Source: Fistulifera solaris
Taxonomy: Eukaryota
Reading direction: 5' to 3'
Length of the DNA stretch: 64,000 bases
Assembly (NCBI GenBank): GCA_030295235.1
Contig: AP026162.1
Location: 2,232,001 to 2,296,000 of the forward strand
Part shown: positions 1 through 12,801 of the stretch, in pieces
Layout: each line of letters opens with the position of its first letter
Numbering within the stretch: the first letter of the stretch is position 1
The notes under the pieces: generated by a model
Database searches by the model: none
Seen by the model: only the letters and a program-made list of their open reading frames with translations
What the model was told of the DNA's origin: nothing
Position numbers and translations under genes: made by a program

Positions 1-378
1 GGATTTAATTATTGCTCTCCCTTCTTTTCTGGCTGCAAATGAATGCGACCACGTAAAAATGCTGCACAAACGGCACGACCGTGCATCCGTGATGATTTCT
101 AACACGGTACGACGGGATCTATATCTTTTAAGTGTAGTCAGGGATCAAGTCAAACAGTGAAAAAGCATTTCATTGCGACATTGTCACGTTTTCCTATCAT
201 TCTTTCCGAAACGAATGAAATCATAGTGTAGGCTCTAACGATCAGACTAAGGTACCCGTCGACCTACTAAACTTGTAACTTTATCGAAATAACTGCGAGA
301 AACAAGTGTTTTCAATCCATCATCATCTCGATGAAGTTGTAGCTTATCAAAGAAACCAATCCGGATCAGCCGATCTTT

Positions 379-1164
379 TTACTCGCTCGAGTTCCAACGT
401 TCATTCATTTGACTTATGTAGTCATCGATATCAAATGTATTCGGATTCTCGTTAAACATTTTGACCGATTGGAAATTCTCATCCACGCGATAGTTATCCA
501 GGAGGGCCTGCACTACTTTTCTCCCCTCCGTTGTGTCAACCCCTTTGTTTAATATATCACAGCGGACCAGGGAAACATTCTTGCTCGTGGCATAATCATT
601 GAACACCGAAAATGTGAGCAGCGGAGTAGCCGAGTGAGGATCCATTTTGTAGTCTTCTAGATATGCTAACAGAAAATAGGCAGGAGCCTGGAATTGGGAA
701 ACCATCATAAAGAAACCATTGTCACGGAAAATAGGTTGCACAAAGAATGGTCTGGTTTGAGCAATCTTGCAAGTTAGTTACACCCACAACGAAGAATGCG
801 TGTACAACGAAACTCATGCTTACTGTTGATTGGCTCTTGATGTTACGTTTTTCCCATCTTCTCCGGAAAGAACAAGGGCTACTGTATCTTGCTACCATAA
901 TTAATTGGAGAGTCAGCTTTTTCTAGAAAAAGAGCCCAAGCAATACGCACAAGCCCTCCTACTTACCTTTTCCTCGTGATAGGTTTTCCAAATATTTACT
1001 AACTCTGACTTTGTTTTGTCTTCCACAAGCTCTTTCTTCAAGATTTCGTCCAGAGATCGGGGCCCAGCGAAACTAAAGCTTAGATGGCGCACGGACGACG
1101 ATAAAATTGCCGATTGCTTCCGCAATACCAAAGAGCAGATTCGGTTGGATAGTAGCGCTGTCAT
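379..1164 (-). CDS. ATP11: Mitochondrial F1-ATPase assembly factor ATP11/ATPAF1 (3 exons: 1164-967, 891-824, 751-379)
   Basis: Mitochondrial-type presequence, then 'PRSLDEILK...IWKTYH' and 'PFFVQPIFR...FMMVSQF...LEDYK...ATPLLT...LVRCDI'. GT-AG introns at 966-892 and 823-752 join the exons in frame. Confidence 0.85.
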
Positions 1165-1530
1165 TGGTGATCGTAATTGAATAAAAGTTATGATGAATAG
1201 AAAATATAGAGGTCCTATTGCGGATTGCAGCCGAACCCAAACTTGATTTTTGTTGATGTTGTGTCAAGCATGTATGCATGTCAATGACGACGCAAAACAA
1301 GCTATCAATCCAACCGGCACTCGCACTACAACCGTTATCCCTACTGTATCCTGGTGTCCAACAGAAAAGCAACCCCCAGCCATCCAAACAATGAGAAACG
1401 CTAAGGTGTTCTTGTTCATACAACACAGAATTTTTCATGTTTATAGAGTATCCAAGCTTACAGCACTCGACATCCAAACTCCAGCTAAAGTGTCGTTGCT
1501 ACAATATGCTTTGATGTAAGTTAAATACGC

Positions 1531-2016
1531 TTACTTCTCCGAGACCTCCTCAAAGTTTCCTTCAACAAGGTCAGGAACATCATCGTCGTCTTCTTCTTCA
1601 CCTTCCGGGATCGATGCAGCAGCAGATCCTCCAACTTGAGCTGCCATGTTCTGATAAGCAGCGAAGTTGTCCATACCGAGCTGCGACACGATGCTGGGGA
1701 GAAGATCCTGAAGCGGCTTCGTCTCATGCTGACCCGAGATGATGTACGTGTTAGCAGCAATAGCTGCTTGTACTTTTGGGTTCTTGAAATGAATGACCTT
1801 TCCGTCATCCTTGAAGAAGTTCACCTCCTCGATTCCCGGTATGTTGGTGGCACCGAGCTTTTTCAGTGTGGTGCTGAGCTTTGCGTCGGTTTGTGCGTTC
1901 GATGATCGGTTGGTGACCACCTTCTTACGTCGAATACTTCCTTTTCCGCCGGTGGAAGTCGAAGCGCCACCAAATCGCTTGGCGATCATTTTAGCCCGTG
2001 CATCATCCATTGCCAT
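1531..2016 (-). CDS. BTF3: Nascent polypeptide-associated complex beta subunit (BTF3/EGD1)
   Basis: 'GGKGSIRRKK', NAC domain 'IPGIEEVNFFKDDGKVIHFKNPKVQAAIAANTY', and C-terminal 'DDDVPDLVEGNFEE'. Confidence 0.95.
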   Translation of the reverse strand: MAMDDARAKMIAKRFGGASTSTGGKGSIRRKKVVTNRSSNAQTDAKLSTTLKKLGATNIPGIEEVNFFKDDGKVIHFKNPKVQAAIAANTYIISGQHETKPLQDLLPSIVSQLGMDNFAAYQNMAAQVGGSAAASIPEGEEEDDDDVPDLVEGNFEEVSEK

Positions 2017-2413
2017 AAATTAATACTGTAAAATAAAAACAAGAACAACGCCAAAAGGCCGAAATAGACTAGAACTAAATTCAGCAGATCATTGAAGCAC
2101 AAAAACGTTAGAAACGAAATCCCAAACGCAATACTTTAACGAGAAACATCTCGATTGAGGGGGCGTCACGTTGGATACGATGACAAGTTTAGCCTCCAAA
2201 ATATCATGTCGCTTCCTTGCACCATTTTTGCCCCCAGGAATGCCCCCCTACATAAATTTTACTTCATACACAAGCACAAAAGCCGCAATACGAGACTCTT
2301 TCAACAAAAAGACGCCATGGTGTCCTCACCTTGCTTTTTAGGGGGGAGAGTGCATGGTTGCGGCGTTTCGCCTGTCGTTGCAAGCGGCCGTAGTAAGGAC
2401 GGTAAACGCTGGT

Positions 2414-2685
2414 AAGAATTTCGCGTAAAACCCATTGTGTGGTCGGTATCATTTTTGGTGGCAACATCACGACGCCAGACTCCAATAGACGGTCGAGAAC
2501 AGACCATTGGAGTGAGAATATGAGCAAATCGCAGTGGCACTATAATATCCATTATTATGTAGTCATGACATTCATGGAAACGCAAGGCAGATGGACGATG
2601 ACGACGAACATCTGTTGACTGGATTCCTTCCGGGAATCATAAGTTGAAGTAAAGATCATGCCGTTCCAACGCGAGAATTTTTTTT
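2414..2685 (+). ncRNA. Candidate structured RNA segment, family unassigned (possibly intronic)
   Basis: Nested long-range stems 2414-2426/2669-2682 and 2440-2449/2658-2668 enclose about six local hairpins and are followed by T8. The segment begins at a GTAAGA donor-like site at 2412. Confidence 0.3.
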
Positions 2686-2875
2686 ATGCCGGAGGCTTGC
2701 TTGACTCAGCAATCGGCTTGGCTTTACGTTGTTATTACAAGGTATATTTCTATCCTCGAAGCCAACTGTTTTGTTTACTTTTCAGTCGACGGTTCTGCAT
2801 GTAAAACAAGCAGCGGCTTTTATATCTCTCAAGCAACACCGCTTTCTTCACCGTTTCTCATTTCAGCGATACAAA

Positions 2876-5201
2876 ATGTCCGGAAGTTCAACACAATCTA
2901 CCGTGCAATCCTTTTCAATAATTTTGACAATACTGTTAGCATGTTGGACACCAAGCTCTTCCTTCGTTCCTAAGCATGATGGTACAAGGCGAAGTTCAGA
3001 GACTAGTTGCGTAGAAGGCCCTAAAACGCCACTGCATTCATCTTTCGTCCGGTCGATTGACGATAGATTTAATCAGGGAAATTGGGAGAATAATAAGCAA
3101 AAGTTCAAACGGAAAAGAATACCGAAAACAGAAATCGACGCACGGCAGCTTCGACAGCAACGTGAAGAAGAATACGAACGGTTAGTTACAAATGCGGATA
3201 GCGTGCCGAGTATATGGAATTTCGAAAGTCTCTTTCCTTCACCTATCATCGACGAAGAGTCCGTCGATCGTGACTTGTTTGAAATTCAACGGCGAGATCG
3301 CAAGAAGGAGGAAGAAAGAAATGCAGGTGGTCGCTCGAAAATAGTGTCGAATCCTTACGCGGGAGAGACAACGAATCCGTTTCTCCGTTTAATGTGGAGT
3401 GAACCGACAATTAAGACTCGTGAAACTTCTTCGTCCGCTATGACTTCCCTAGCGAACGAAAACGCCACAGCGGCGCTGATCTCAAGCAAAATAGCCAATA
3501 CGACAAGCGCACGGGTTGATCGAAGTTTGACGCGGATGGTCGAAGACCGAATTTATGGCTTCCGTCGAGGTGCATCCGGCGATATTCGATACCAAACGTC
3601 ACTGATGGGTGACGGTGCAGTTCAATATCGTGAAGGAGTGAGACTAGGAAATGCTTTACCAATTAATGCAGACCGTCTGAACTACATGGCAAAGAAAGAG
3701 ATGAAGAAAGGGCGTGTGGAGGAAGCCGAAGAGCTGTACGAACGAGCCGTGGAAATCGATCCTCGGGATGGACGAGCATATCTTGGACTCAGTCGGTGCG
3801 CGCAGCGTCGACAGGACTTCAAGCTCGCCCGCGAGTGGTTAAATCTAGGCATTGCCAACTCAGCCTCTACCTTCAACGGAAATCCAGATCGTGGGGCAAA
3901 TCCGTTTCTGCTTCAGGCACTAGGTTGCTTGGAAGAGAAAGCAGGACAACTGTCGCAAGCTGAATCCTTGTATACATCAGCTGTTAGATCAAGGCCGTCC
4001 CATGCCGCTGGTTGGGTAGCTCTTGCTCAAATTCGCACACGCAAGTTGGGCCAGAGCGTTGGGGCAGGTCGATCTTGTTTCGAAGCCGCCGAGCGTGAAC
4101 TGAAGGCATCAGGACTACCTCAGTCTTCGCATGTCTACACGGCATGGGCCGACCTGGAACTAAAGAAAGCCGGCGATGCCCGAAGAGCCAAAAAACTCCT
4201 CAAAATGGCATTGGAAATCGACCCAAAATGCTCTGTTGGCTGGTTGCAATTGGGTATGCTTGAAAGTGATTTGCAGAATTGGGATAAAGCGGAAGAATGC
4301 TTTGAAAACGTTTTAACGTTTGATCAACGTAATTCTCGTGTGTTACAAGCATATGCAATAATGGAAACGAAACGACCTGATGGGAACAGTAGGAAAGCTA
4401 TTGGACTCTTTGAACGTGCTTTGAAAGCCAATCCTCGCGATGCTGGTGTATTGCAAGCCTATGGCTTGTACGTTGCGAAGTTGGGTGACATCAAATCAGC
4501 AAGAGAATTGCTTTGGAAGGGCACAGAAGTTGATAAACGTCATGCGCCCATTTGGCAAGCATTGGGTGTACTAGAAACCCGCAGTGGAAACCCCGAGGAA
4601 GCTCGTAGCATATTTCAGCAGGGCATCTGGGCTTGCGCACAATTAACAGGTTGTAAATCAGGCGGACACAATTGTGCTCGATTGTGGCAGGCATGGGGCG
4701 TACTAGAAGCTGAAGAAGGGAACCATGCTGCTGCACGACGCTGTTTCAACCGTGCCTTGGATGCGGATAGTAGGAATGTCCCTGCCATTACAGCCTGGTC
4801 ATCTATGGAAGAAAAATTGGGCAATCGCCAAGATGCTCGCGCAATCTACGAAAGGGCTTTGCCTCGCTTTTCAGCCGGATCCGAAAGCAAGAAAGCTCTT
4901 TGGAGGAACTACGAGCTGATGGAACAACGTGCCGGGGATACTGCGGCCGCCCAACGCGTATATCAAAGAGCTATACGAGAGGTGATAAGCTTCGAAGAAA
5001 CTTCCGTTCCCGATCAGAAAGTTGATGCCAATAATAGGCCTCAACCGGAAACTACGACGTCTTCACGAAACAAGAGGGAAAAAAGAAGTTGTTCGGTGGA
5101 ACGGCGGTGGGGGAGAGGTTTGGTTAAACGATAGAGCTATAGAGGCCAAGATCCCTTCAGAGAAGAGGGAAAGCCGATACGAAAAAACAATGAAGTCATA
5201 A
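2876..5201 (+). CDS. Plastid-targeted TPR/HAT repeat protein (Mbb1/HCF107-like RNA maturation factor)
   Basis: Signal peptide ending 'SSSFVP'. Many HAT/TPR repeats ('LYERAVEIDPRDGRAY', 'LWQAWGVLEAEEG'). Apparent 1-nt frameshift near 5075-5085; the other frame runs to TAA at 5201. Confidence 0.75.
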
Positions 5202-6208
5202 AAGAAGTTCAATTTTTAAAGTTTTATTCTTAAAAGCGCTTTATAAATAATCGTCGTGTTAGAAATATTGGCGGATATCATTTCGGAGGGCTGTAATTGC
5301 GGTTTTTGGATCGTCGCAAAAGTACCGCGAATCAAAACATTCGTTAGACTATAACTTCCATGCTTCCTGATAACTGTCTTCTCAACAAAATTGCACTCAT
5401 AAAGTGTAGACGTCACAACTGGATCAGATCAGCGATCAGGAGCAATGTTGAATGTTGATGAAGGATGAAGTGAATGAACTGTTCCCACAATAGTAGTATT
5501 TAACTTACTTTGCCAATAAAATTACAAAAGTAGCTTCACATAAATCCAGATCCAGGCTTCGAGAATCTGGGATACAGCGTCGCCTCAATGCCAATAATTT
5601 TTTGGGCTTGCAATGCATAGCAACATGTCATCATAACTTTATCACTACATTTAGTACATTCTATTGTCGCAGCGTACACTGTTAGTTAATCAGCAAACAT
5701 CAATAGCCTTGACTATGGTTCAAGGTGTAGATTACTTTTTCATGACTAATTTCCAGTCGCGAGCAAGATCCACTTCTTCTTCGCAGTTACGAGGTACGGA
5801 ACCGCCGTCACCTCTTACTGAGATGCGCAAGCACAATAAAAAATTACCGTACGAATGATTATTAACTACAAAATAGCTTACAAGCCTTCCAATGCACGCT
5901 TTCATTATAACCTTAGTTTACGACGAAATCGTTGCGGATCGATCTTTGTAGTTGACACTTTTCGATAGTCCGAAACGTGTTCAACGCTTAACTTTTGAGT
6001 TCAACAAGAGTGGGACGATCGCACCGAGTCTCACAATCAGCATTGCATTTTTTTTCTTCCGAGCGTTTTTGTTCGTCGTCCTCTCCTTGCGAGAGGCATC
6101 TTTGACCGCAACCCGACGCATTTTCGTCAATGCTGAGATGAAATCATTGTCGCTCATATAAATTGAAATTGATTCGATTTATGAGCTACAGCTCCTGAGT
6201 CAGCAATC

Positions 6209-8437
6209 GTGTCAAATAATGCCTCTTACCGTCGAGCCACCGAAAAGACGCAAGGCCGTGGATCTGCGCCGGGAACAAGCAGACGACGAAGCCGCAGTCG
6301 ACGACCACAATCGAGCAATGAAATAAGTTCCAAAGATCGTTCGCAATCTTTTATCGGACAAGAGCTTGTTGAATTGCAGCTGCCACGAACGAACCCGAGC
6401 GAAGTAACGACGAAACAAAGCAGTTCAAAAAGCACAACGAACGCTTCTGTGCCCGCAACGTCCGCTTATAAAGACAGCAAACAAGCAAGTCATCATACCT
6501 TATGCTTAGACACACGCTTTATCGACACAGGGGCGGGAAGAGACGCGGGAAATGAAATCGTTCAGGGATTTCAATCCTTGGTGAAAAACTTGGACGCCCG
6601 TGGGGACTACTGTAACATCATTGCTACGACGAATACTCCCAATGAAAAGAAGCAGGGAAAAGCTACGATAAACTTTGCTACGCTTCGTAACTCTCAAGTA
6701 TCGAAATTGAATATCCCCATTCAGAGAGTTGCGTTGCATGGAATTTCGCTTCCTTTAGAAAACGACGTGTCGACCCCGGATGAATTATCTGCTGAGACAT
6801 CCTGGAATTTATTCGCACGAATGAGTAAGTCCCAGCACTTTGTCATTTGCCCTTTTCCTTTTTCCAACAAGACTTTAACATTTCATTTTTGCTAGTTGGG
6901 AAAATGCTTTTTGATCTAGACCAGCGACCGAAAGAGAATCAAAGCTTGCCTCTCGAGTTTACGATTTTGACTTCCGACATGGCTTTGTTTTCCGAGACAT
7001 GTTCCACAAAAACACGTCGATTGCTTCGAACGATTTGCTCAAAAAATGAAGACTTTGTCTCAGACGGACCGAATCTCTATCATTCGACTCATTGTGGTGG
7101 AAACGCACATGCTCGCAATCGGAATTGACCAATCGCCGACTGCTGAATCAGGTAGGGACGCCTACAAAAGGCGAGAACAGAATGTATATCTGCGATCAAA
7201 GGGGTCATGGATGAGATCGAGATCAATGGTTCACCAACTTCGTCTACTGGTCAGCTTGTGCAGTACAGCCTCAGCTTGATGGATGGAAGCATTTCCAGCT
7301 ACAAAGCATTGTCGTGCAAAATCTTCCGGGAGAATCTTGGCGTTCATAATTTGCGTCGCCAAATTGGTTTCGACCTGCCGGAAACACCTGACGGAACCCA
7401 GTGTCGCATGTATTTCGATATCTTCTTCCAAATTTTCCCATATAAACTTGGTAGTCAGGAGGCCAAGACGCTCGTCGAAGACTTGCATCGACTTTCCCTC
7501 AGTACGCTTGAGATCATCCAGCTTGTGCCCGTGTCTTGCGTGGACGCCAGCCTTCTCTACGGTGTGCCGTTCTCCGTCAATCCTGTTCTCGAGCAAAACT
7601 TTGATCGCAATGAGGAGACAGAGTGTTTGACAACTGTATTCTTTCGATATTTGCAAGAGCGAGACCTGTCGATTCTCTTAAGAGCTTCCCCTTCGACGGG
7701 GCAACCTGCCGGAATTGATCGACCGAACGATGTGCAAAATTTTCTATTGATGCCACAAGAGTTCCCTGAAGCTATGAACACGCCACCACGATCAGGACTT
7801 CTTTTCATTACGCCGAGGCAAACCAGCTTATTAGTGAAGCTGTCCAGATGAATTTGAACAGGAACCTTGATACCGACATGGGCATACAGTATACGGAGTA
7901 CATCGAAAGCGCCATGTCAACACTGGATTGCAAACCATTCAACCCACTCATCAGCGAGATAGAGAAAGTCTCTAATGAAAACGATGCCTCGATTGGCCTC
8001 GATACTGGCGTTCATAGCAAAATGCTTGCCTCATTTCACAATCTGGTAGCATTCCACTCTACCGGCTCACAAATCCAAACGAGCTTTGCTGAAACAGATC
8101 AGATGGACGAGAAGCATTATCCAACGGCGGCACTCAGCGTCAAGGAACGTGATAAAAGCCAGAAGATCAACAAGAGAATGCAAGCGACAAGACCACCATT
8201 TAATTCGCCACCGTTCACGTGTCTTGTCGCAGATCATCCGATGGAAAATGAAAACTCACCCCCACGAGCGAAGTCGCAGATCAGCCAATGAAAAGCGACA
8301 ACTCACCACCGTCCACGAACCAGGTCGCAGATCATCCGATGGAAAGCGACAGTGAGCAAAATTGTTTTTGGAACGAAAATCATGAAGAAAACTCTGATAT
8401 AGAGTACGTCGAGCCCACTTTCGAGTACGACGTGTGA
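6209..8437 (+). CDS. Putative M1AP (meiosis 1 arrest protein)-like protein; one intron near 6824-6894, several frameshifts, start uncertain
   Basis: Ordered motifs 'LEFTILTS', 'IRLIVVE', 'LEIIQLV...SLLYGVPF', 'YLQERDLSILLR', 'FLLMP' and 'IESAMSTLDCKPFNPL' resemble recalled vertebrate M1AP motifs in the same order. Confidence 0.55.
8226..8351 (+). repeat. Three-copy ~48-51 bp coding minisatellite (GTCGCAGATCATCCGATGGAAA core; VADHPME peptide)
   Basis: Copies start at 8226, 8273 and 8324. The 47-bp first spacing implies a 1-nt deletion. Confidence 0.8.
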
Positions 8438-8556
8438 ATTATAGACCCACGCCCAACAATTAGTCAGCCCACATAATCTTCTCATAAAGATATGATGCAT
8501 TTCAGTTTTTGATATTTTGATCTTGCATGCTTTCAATTGTGTGTAAGGAGTTGGAA

Positions 8557-9689
8557 TCAGACCTCGGAAAAGCCACTCGAATCTTGCGTTGCAATCGTGC
8601 TAGCGACAGAATCATTTTCACCACGATACGGAAAATGAGCTTTTACGGCAGCCCCCACTCCACACTGATCAATATTTAAGAAAAGCTTTCTAATTGAAGG
8701 TAACCAAGACCAAGAGGAACCAGCTGCCGTATTACAAAACGCTCTTCCCTTACGTGCCGTGTATTGGTGAGGTACCGTCACATCCATCGCACGCTTTTGT
8801 GTTTTTAACAACTCCAGTGCTTCCTTTTCATTTTCCTCGATGATGTTCAATAGAGAAGATATTTTGGCTTCTACTTCTTGAGAAGACAAGTCCGTGTCGT
8901 AGCTTTTGTGAGAAGCCGGAAGGTACAGCGGGGATAATGCCGATGTATGCTCTGTTGTTTGCGAAATGAGTTGCACTTTCACCACTAAGCGGGCATCTTT
9001 CAAAAGACCAACTTCTTTCTGAGCATCCAAGCAGTTCTCTGGCACCCGAACAGGCAGATCCATTAAGAAACTCCCAGTCTCTTGATGTCCAAAGATAACC
9101 AGAAATGCAACACCATGAACTTCTCTACTGTCTTCTTCCCCGGTGACTCTTAGTTTGATCGCCATTTCAATGATCTCCGGAAGAAGAGCCTTAGAACTCG
9201 ACCACGCCGCACCGTTACTTTGGTACGGCGAGTTATAAGGGCATGTGTGTGTGCTTTCTGCGATATTAGTGTCGAAAGTCCTCGAAGTGTTCAACGCATT
9301 TTCGTCATATATTTCCTCCAAAACACAACGGTTTGATCCCGACAAAGATATGATCTGTGAATGATGCGAAACTGGCATTGTCAAAGATAAGTGCGGAAGA
9401 CAATCCTGCGCAGATGGCCGATTCTTGTCGAACCACGATGCCGAAAGGGTGAAGTTTCATTACAACAAACCATATCCACGGGCTGCGATTCAACCATCAG
9501 TCTTCCTGAAGTGCTACATAGTGTAGACGATGCCACTTCCATATCAGTAGCAGAGCCTGTAAAGGCAACTGCTGCAGTTACCTCCCGAGAGTTCTGAATA
9601 TTTCGATTCACTTGGATTCCATGAAGTGTATGCACCGTCAGCTTGACTTTGATGATTTTACATTCACTTTGCGATTGTAAAGTCGTCAT
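8557..9689 (-). CDS. Hypothetical protein (two ORFs joined by an apparent frameshift near 9400-9450)
   Basis: ORFs 9381-9740 and 8557-9384 are contiguous and protein-like, with beta-rich segments 'VKLTVHTLHGI' and 'GVAFLVIFG'. No family recognised. Confidence 0.5.
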
Positions 9690-10155
9690 CTCTTTCAAGG
9701 CATTACACTTAAAATGAGATACGATATCAAAATAGATCATTGACGACAGATGAGATGAGCGATGAATTCTATGGAAGATCTTCCACTGGATAGATTTTGC
9801 AACGCATGGAATGAATCTACCAGTACCAAAAAATGAGCCTTGGATCTACCAAGCGCCCTCAATACATTGGAACAACATTAGAGCTGAGGTGTTTTCCAAA
9901 GTAAGACAGGTTCAATAGAAATCCACATCAACGGTCCGTATGTCGTACGGAATTATGAAACATCGCAAAAAATAAAAATAATATCATCAATAAGCTCATT
10001 TTATGAGGAATTCAATGATGTTTTTGTTAAAACAGATTCTTTCTAGAAGTTAATTTATTCAAGTTACAAAAATTCGCGCGACAAAATTTCCGCAGTCTGG
10101 TACATCCGTCTACAGGATTCTTACATAGGAAATTTATCCCGTATCCTTCCGATAA

Positions 10156-10380
10156 ATGGATCTTGGACGAATTATTGATCTAGATCAGCCTTTCCCTTCA
10201 TTCTTTGGTAAAAAGCAATCTATTGAACAGCTAATAGAGTGAATGATTGCATATGCAAGCATTGGGTTGTTGGACGATGCGGTGAAAAAGCTTTTTGACG
10301 ACATCTCTACTATCGCGTGACGAGCGACAGTACGAGCATAAACGACTCAAGGCGACGACCCCAAAGCCGCAAAACATATA
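10156..10380 (+). pseudogene. Possible decayed coding fragment with in-frame stops
   Basis: Frame reads MDLGRIIDLDQPFPSFFGKKQSIEQLIE*MIAYASIGLLDDAVKKLFDDISTIA*RATVRA*TTQGDDPKAAK. Confidence 0.25.
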
Positions 10381-10610
10381 ACTGAGCAACAAAACCTTTG
10401 GTTAAATCATTTGCTGTAAATAAGTGAATTTTAATGATCTGTTTAATGCTTTTTTTCATGGTCGAAACTGTCTCAAAACTTTGAGGGCGTTTTTCTCGAA
10501 ATCGCGTTTTGGTAAAATTGACGGTAGACGTACAGAGCTGATGTGGATTTCTATTGAACCTGTCTTAAGTATGGTCTAATGTGGTATCCTTGTAGTCTAG
10601 TATATCCTAC

Positions 10611-10766
10611 ATGAGTTTTTACGGTCGAAAAACGTACAGTTATGCCGTAAGTGGATAAATTCGTCCAGTTATTTTTTGCCCGTAGCACACCCGTAGAGTT
10701 TGTACCAGACGCAACATTTTCCCCCCATCCGCGGACGACAAAACGACGATGATGTTGTTGAAGAGC
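10611..10766 (+). repeat. Left terminal inverted repeat
   Basis: ATGAGTTTTTACGGTCGAAAAACG...GTTGTTGAAGAGC is the reverse complement of 12802-12958. Confidence 0.95.
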
Positions 10767-12801
10767 AAAAGTGAGCCGCAATGCCCCTTATTTGGCGTAT
10801 GTTGACAGCCAACAATGAAAGAACTAAATTCTAGTCATCGCAGTTGTCGAAAAGGCTCGATTTGGTGATAACGGGGCTTCTGGACAAAGCAAAACCTTTC
10901 CTAACAATAACCCCAGCCGCAGCGGTCAAATCAAGGGAACTTCACATCCGAAGTAAAAACTCCCGTGGTTTTGCCAACGCATAGATCTCCAAAGTTTCTG
11001 AAAGAACGACCTTGCAAATAGGTCGTATAGTATTGGTGGTTCTCCGAAGCGTACCTAAATGCTCACCGTCTTATGTTGTAACAAAGGATAGTTTTCACCG
11101 TAATCGGACTTAAGGCAGCCACAGTAAGCTTAAGCCCATGCAATTTCTCGCGCTAAAAACTTATTCCGCGTGAACAATTCACGAGCCCACTTTACGCTCG
11201 AACACAAGCACATTTAACTGATCCGATTGTGCGTTTCAGAGTGTGAAATTGCAGGCGGCGATGAGTTACCCGTTTTCTCTTTCAGTGATTTCAGGTTTTG
11301 GATGACATCTAGGCTATGTCGCTGTCTGGCGTAATTTCTACTCCTCAACAATTGAGTCACTGGCTACAGGGTGAATGAATTTGAGAAAGCTTGCTGCAAG
11401 ACTTCGCTGAACGCCTTTGTCGTCGGCATCTATAGCTGATTCTAAAAATTGTTCGGTTACTTTTAAGTCGGCAATTCCAACTCGAGGATGCGTAAATTGA
11501 ACCGATAATTAAGTAGTATAAGCCAACTATAAACAATGACTTAGCTTGATTCGATTGGCGCCAGGTTGCATGATCTGTGATTGGAGTACATTTAGTACCT
11601 CACTCAATCATGATTTGGCGTCGTTGCGCAACTATTTGCTGGCGCAATCTAGCTTCTGCACGCTCTTTTGACGAGCGTGAAGTCTTTCTATGCAAACTAT
11701 TTGCTCCAATCAGAGTGTATTCAGCCGACTGATAGATGTTGAAAGCGGAAACCCTTTCTAATGATATTTTGAAGATACTCTAATTGAAGGGGAGATCGGA
11801 GAGCTCTTTCGTACCAGGTAAAGTGAATCTTAAACTATTTTCAGAACTAAATACTCACTTCTAATAGAAAGCTATCTAGCAGCGATCAGAATTACTAGTT
11901 GAACAAAAACTAATCTAAAGTAGGTCTACGTCTTATTGAGAAAACTCATTGAACGAAAAATGCTGGTACTGGTAAGGTTTACTACCCAAAAATGCTGATC
12001 TGCCGTGTATCAGAAAGATTACTTAATGAGCGACAAGCTCACAAAGGCAATGTGCACAACGTGCAATTTTGATGCTACCTGGTATGAGGTCAAATTGTTC
12101 GTTTCGTTGGTTGAAAACGAAGAGGAATGGTGTGGCGAAACAAACCAGACGAAAGCGCCATTGCAGCATCATCAATTATAGCAATCGTCGCTCTTTTGAA
12201 AAAACGGAAGTTGATATTGAAATTGAGGTGACAACGGAAGGCAACCTAGGCTCAGGCAACTTCAGATGCCTGAAGAATCAATTTGATTGCCACCCAACCC
12301 GACCTTGTCGTGTTCTCAGAATTCACAAAGCATTCATCCGCTCCGAAACATCGATTCTTACTCTTATCTCTTATGCAAGAGCATTCATTCACTTTCAACT
12401 AAAATATATACATTTTCGCTGAAAGCAGTCCTATCATTCGGTCGTAGAGTACGACAGACTCGATCAATAAGAATCCAGCCGTCGGCTGAAGGTGCAATGT
12501 TGTCAAATACCTGGTGTTGTCTCGTTGAATCCATTCATTCCATCCCGCTCCCGCTTTCGCGCTCATAAATTGAAAGTACTGTCTCTGTGCGAAAGATTTG
12601 TCTACCTCGGATCACCCCGCCATTCATTTTCCTCTCAATATTTCCATGTTTCTGATGCTGTTCGTCGTTGTCGCAATAGACAACAAAAGAGCGACTGTTC
12701 GGCTCCCCATGCTCCTTTGGCAACAGATACTAAACAGGTAGCTCTAGAAATATATGAGAAGGCATTTCATGAACTCCATTGCAACGAAAAAAGGATTTGC
12801 A

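Noticed and set aside
2412..2690. Telomerase RNA, SRP RNA, RNase P/MRP or snRNA identity for the structured segment
   Set aside because: No CCCTAACCC-type template, SRP helix-8 motif, CR-I/CR-V motifs or snRNA 5' signatures were found.
10770..12800. Transposase, TnpB or Fanzor remnant inside the TIR element
   Set aside because: No DDE, RuvC or zinc-finger motif could be recognised by eye in the fragments; a translated profile search is needed.
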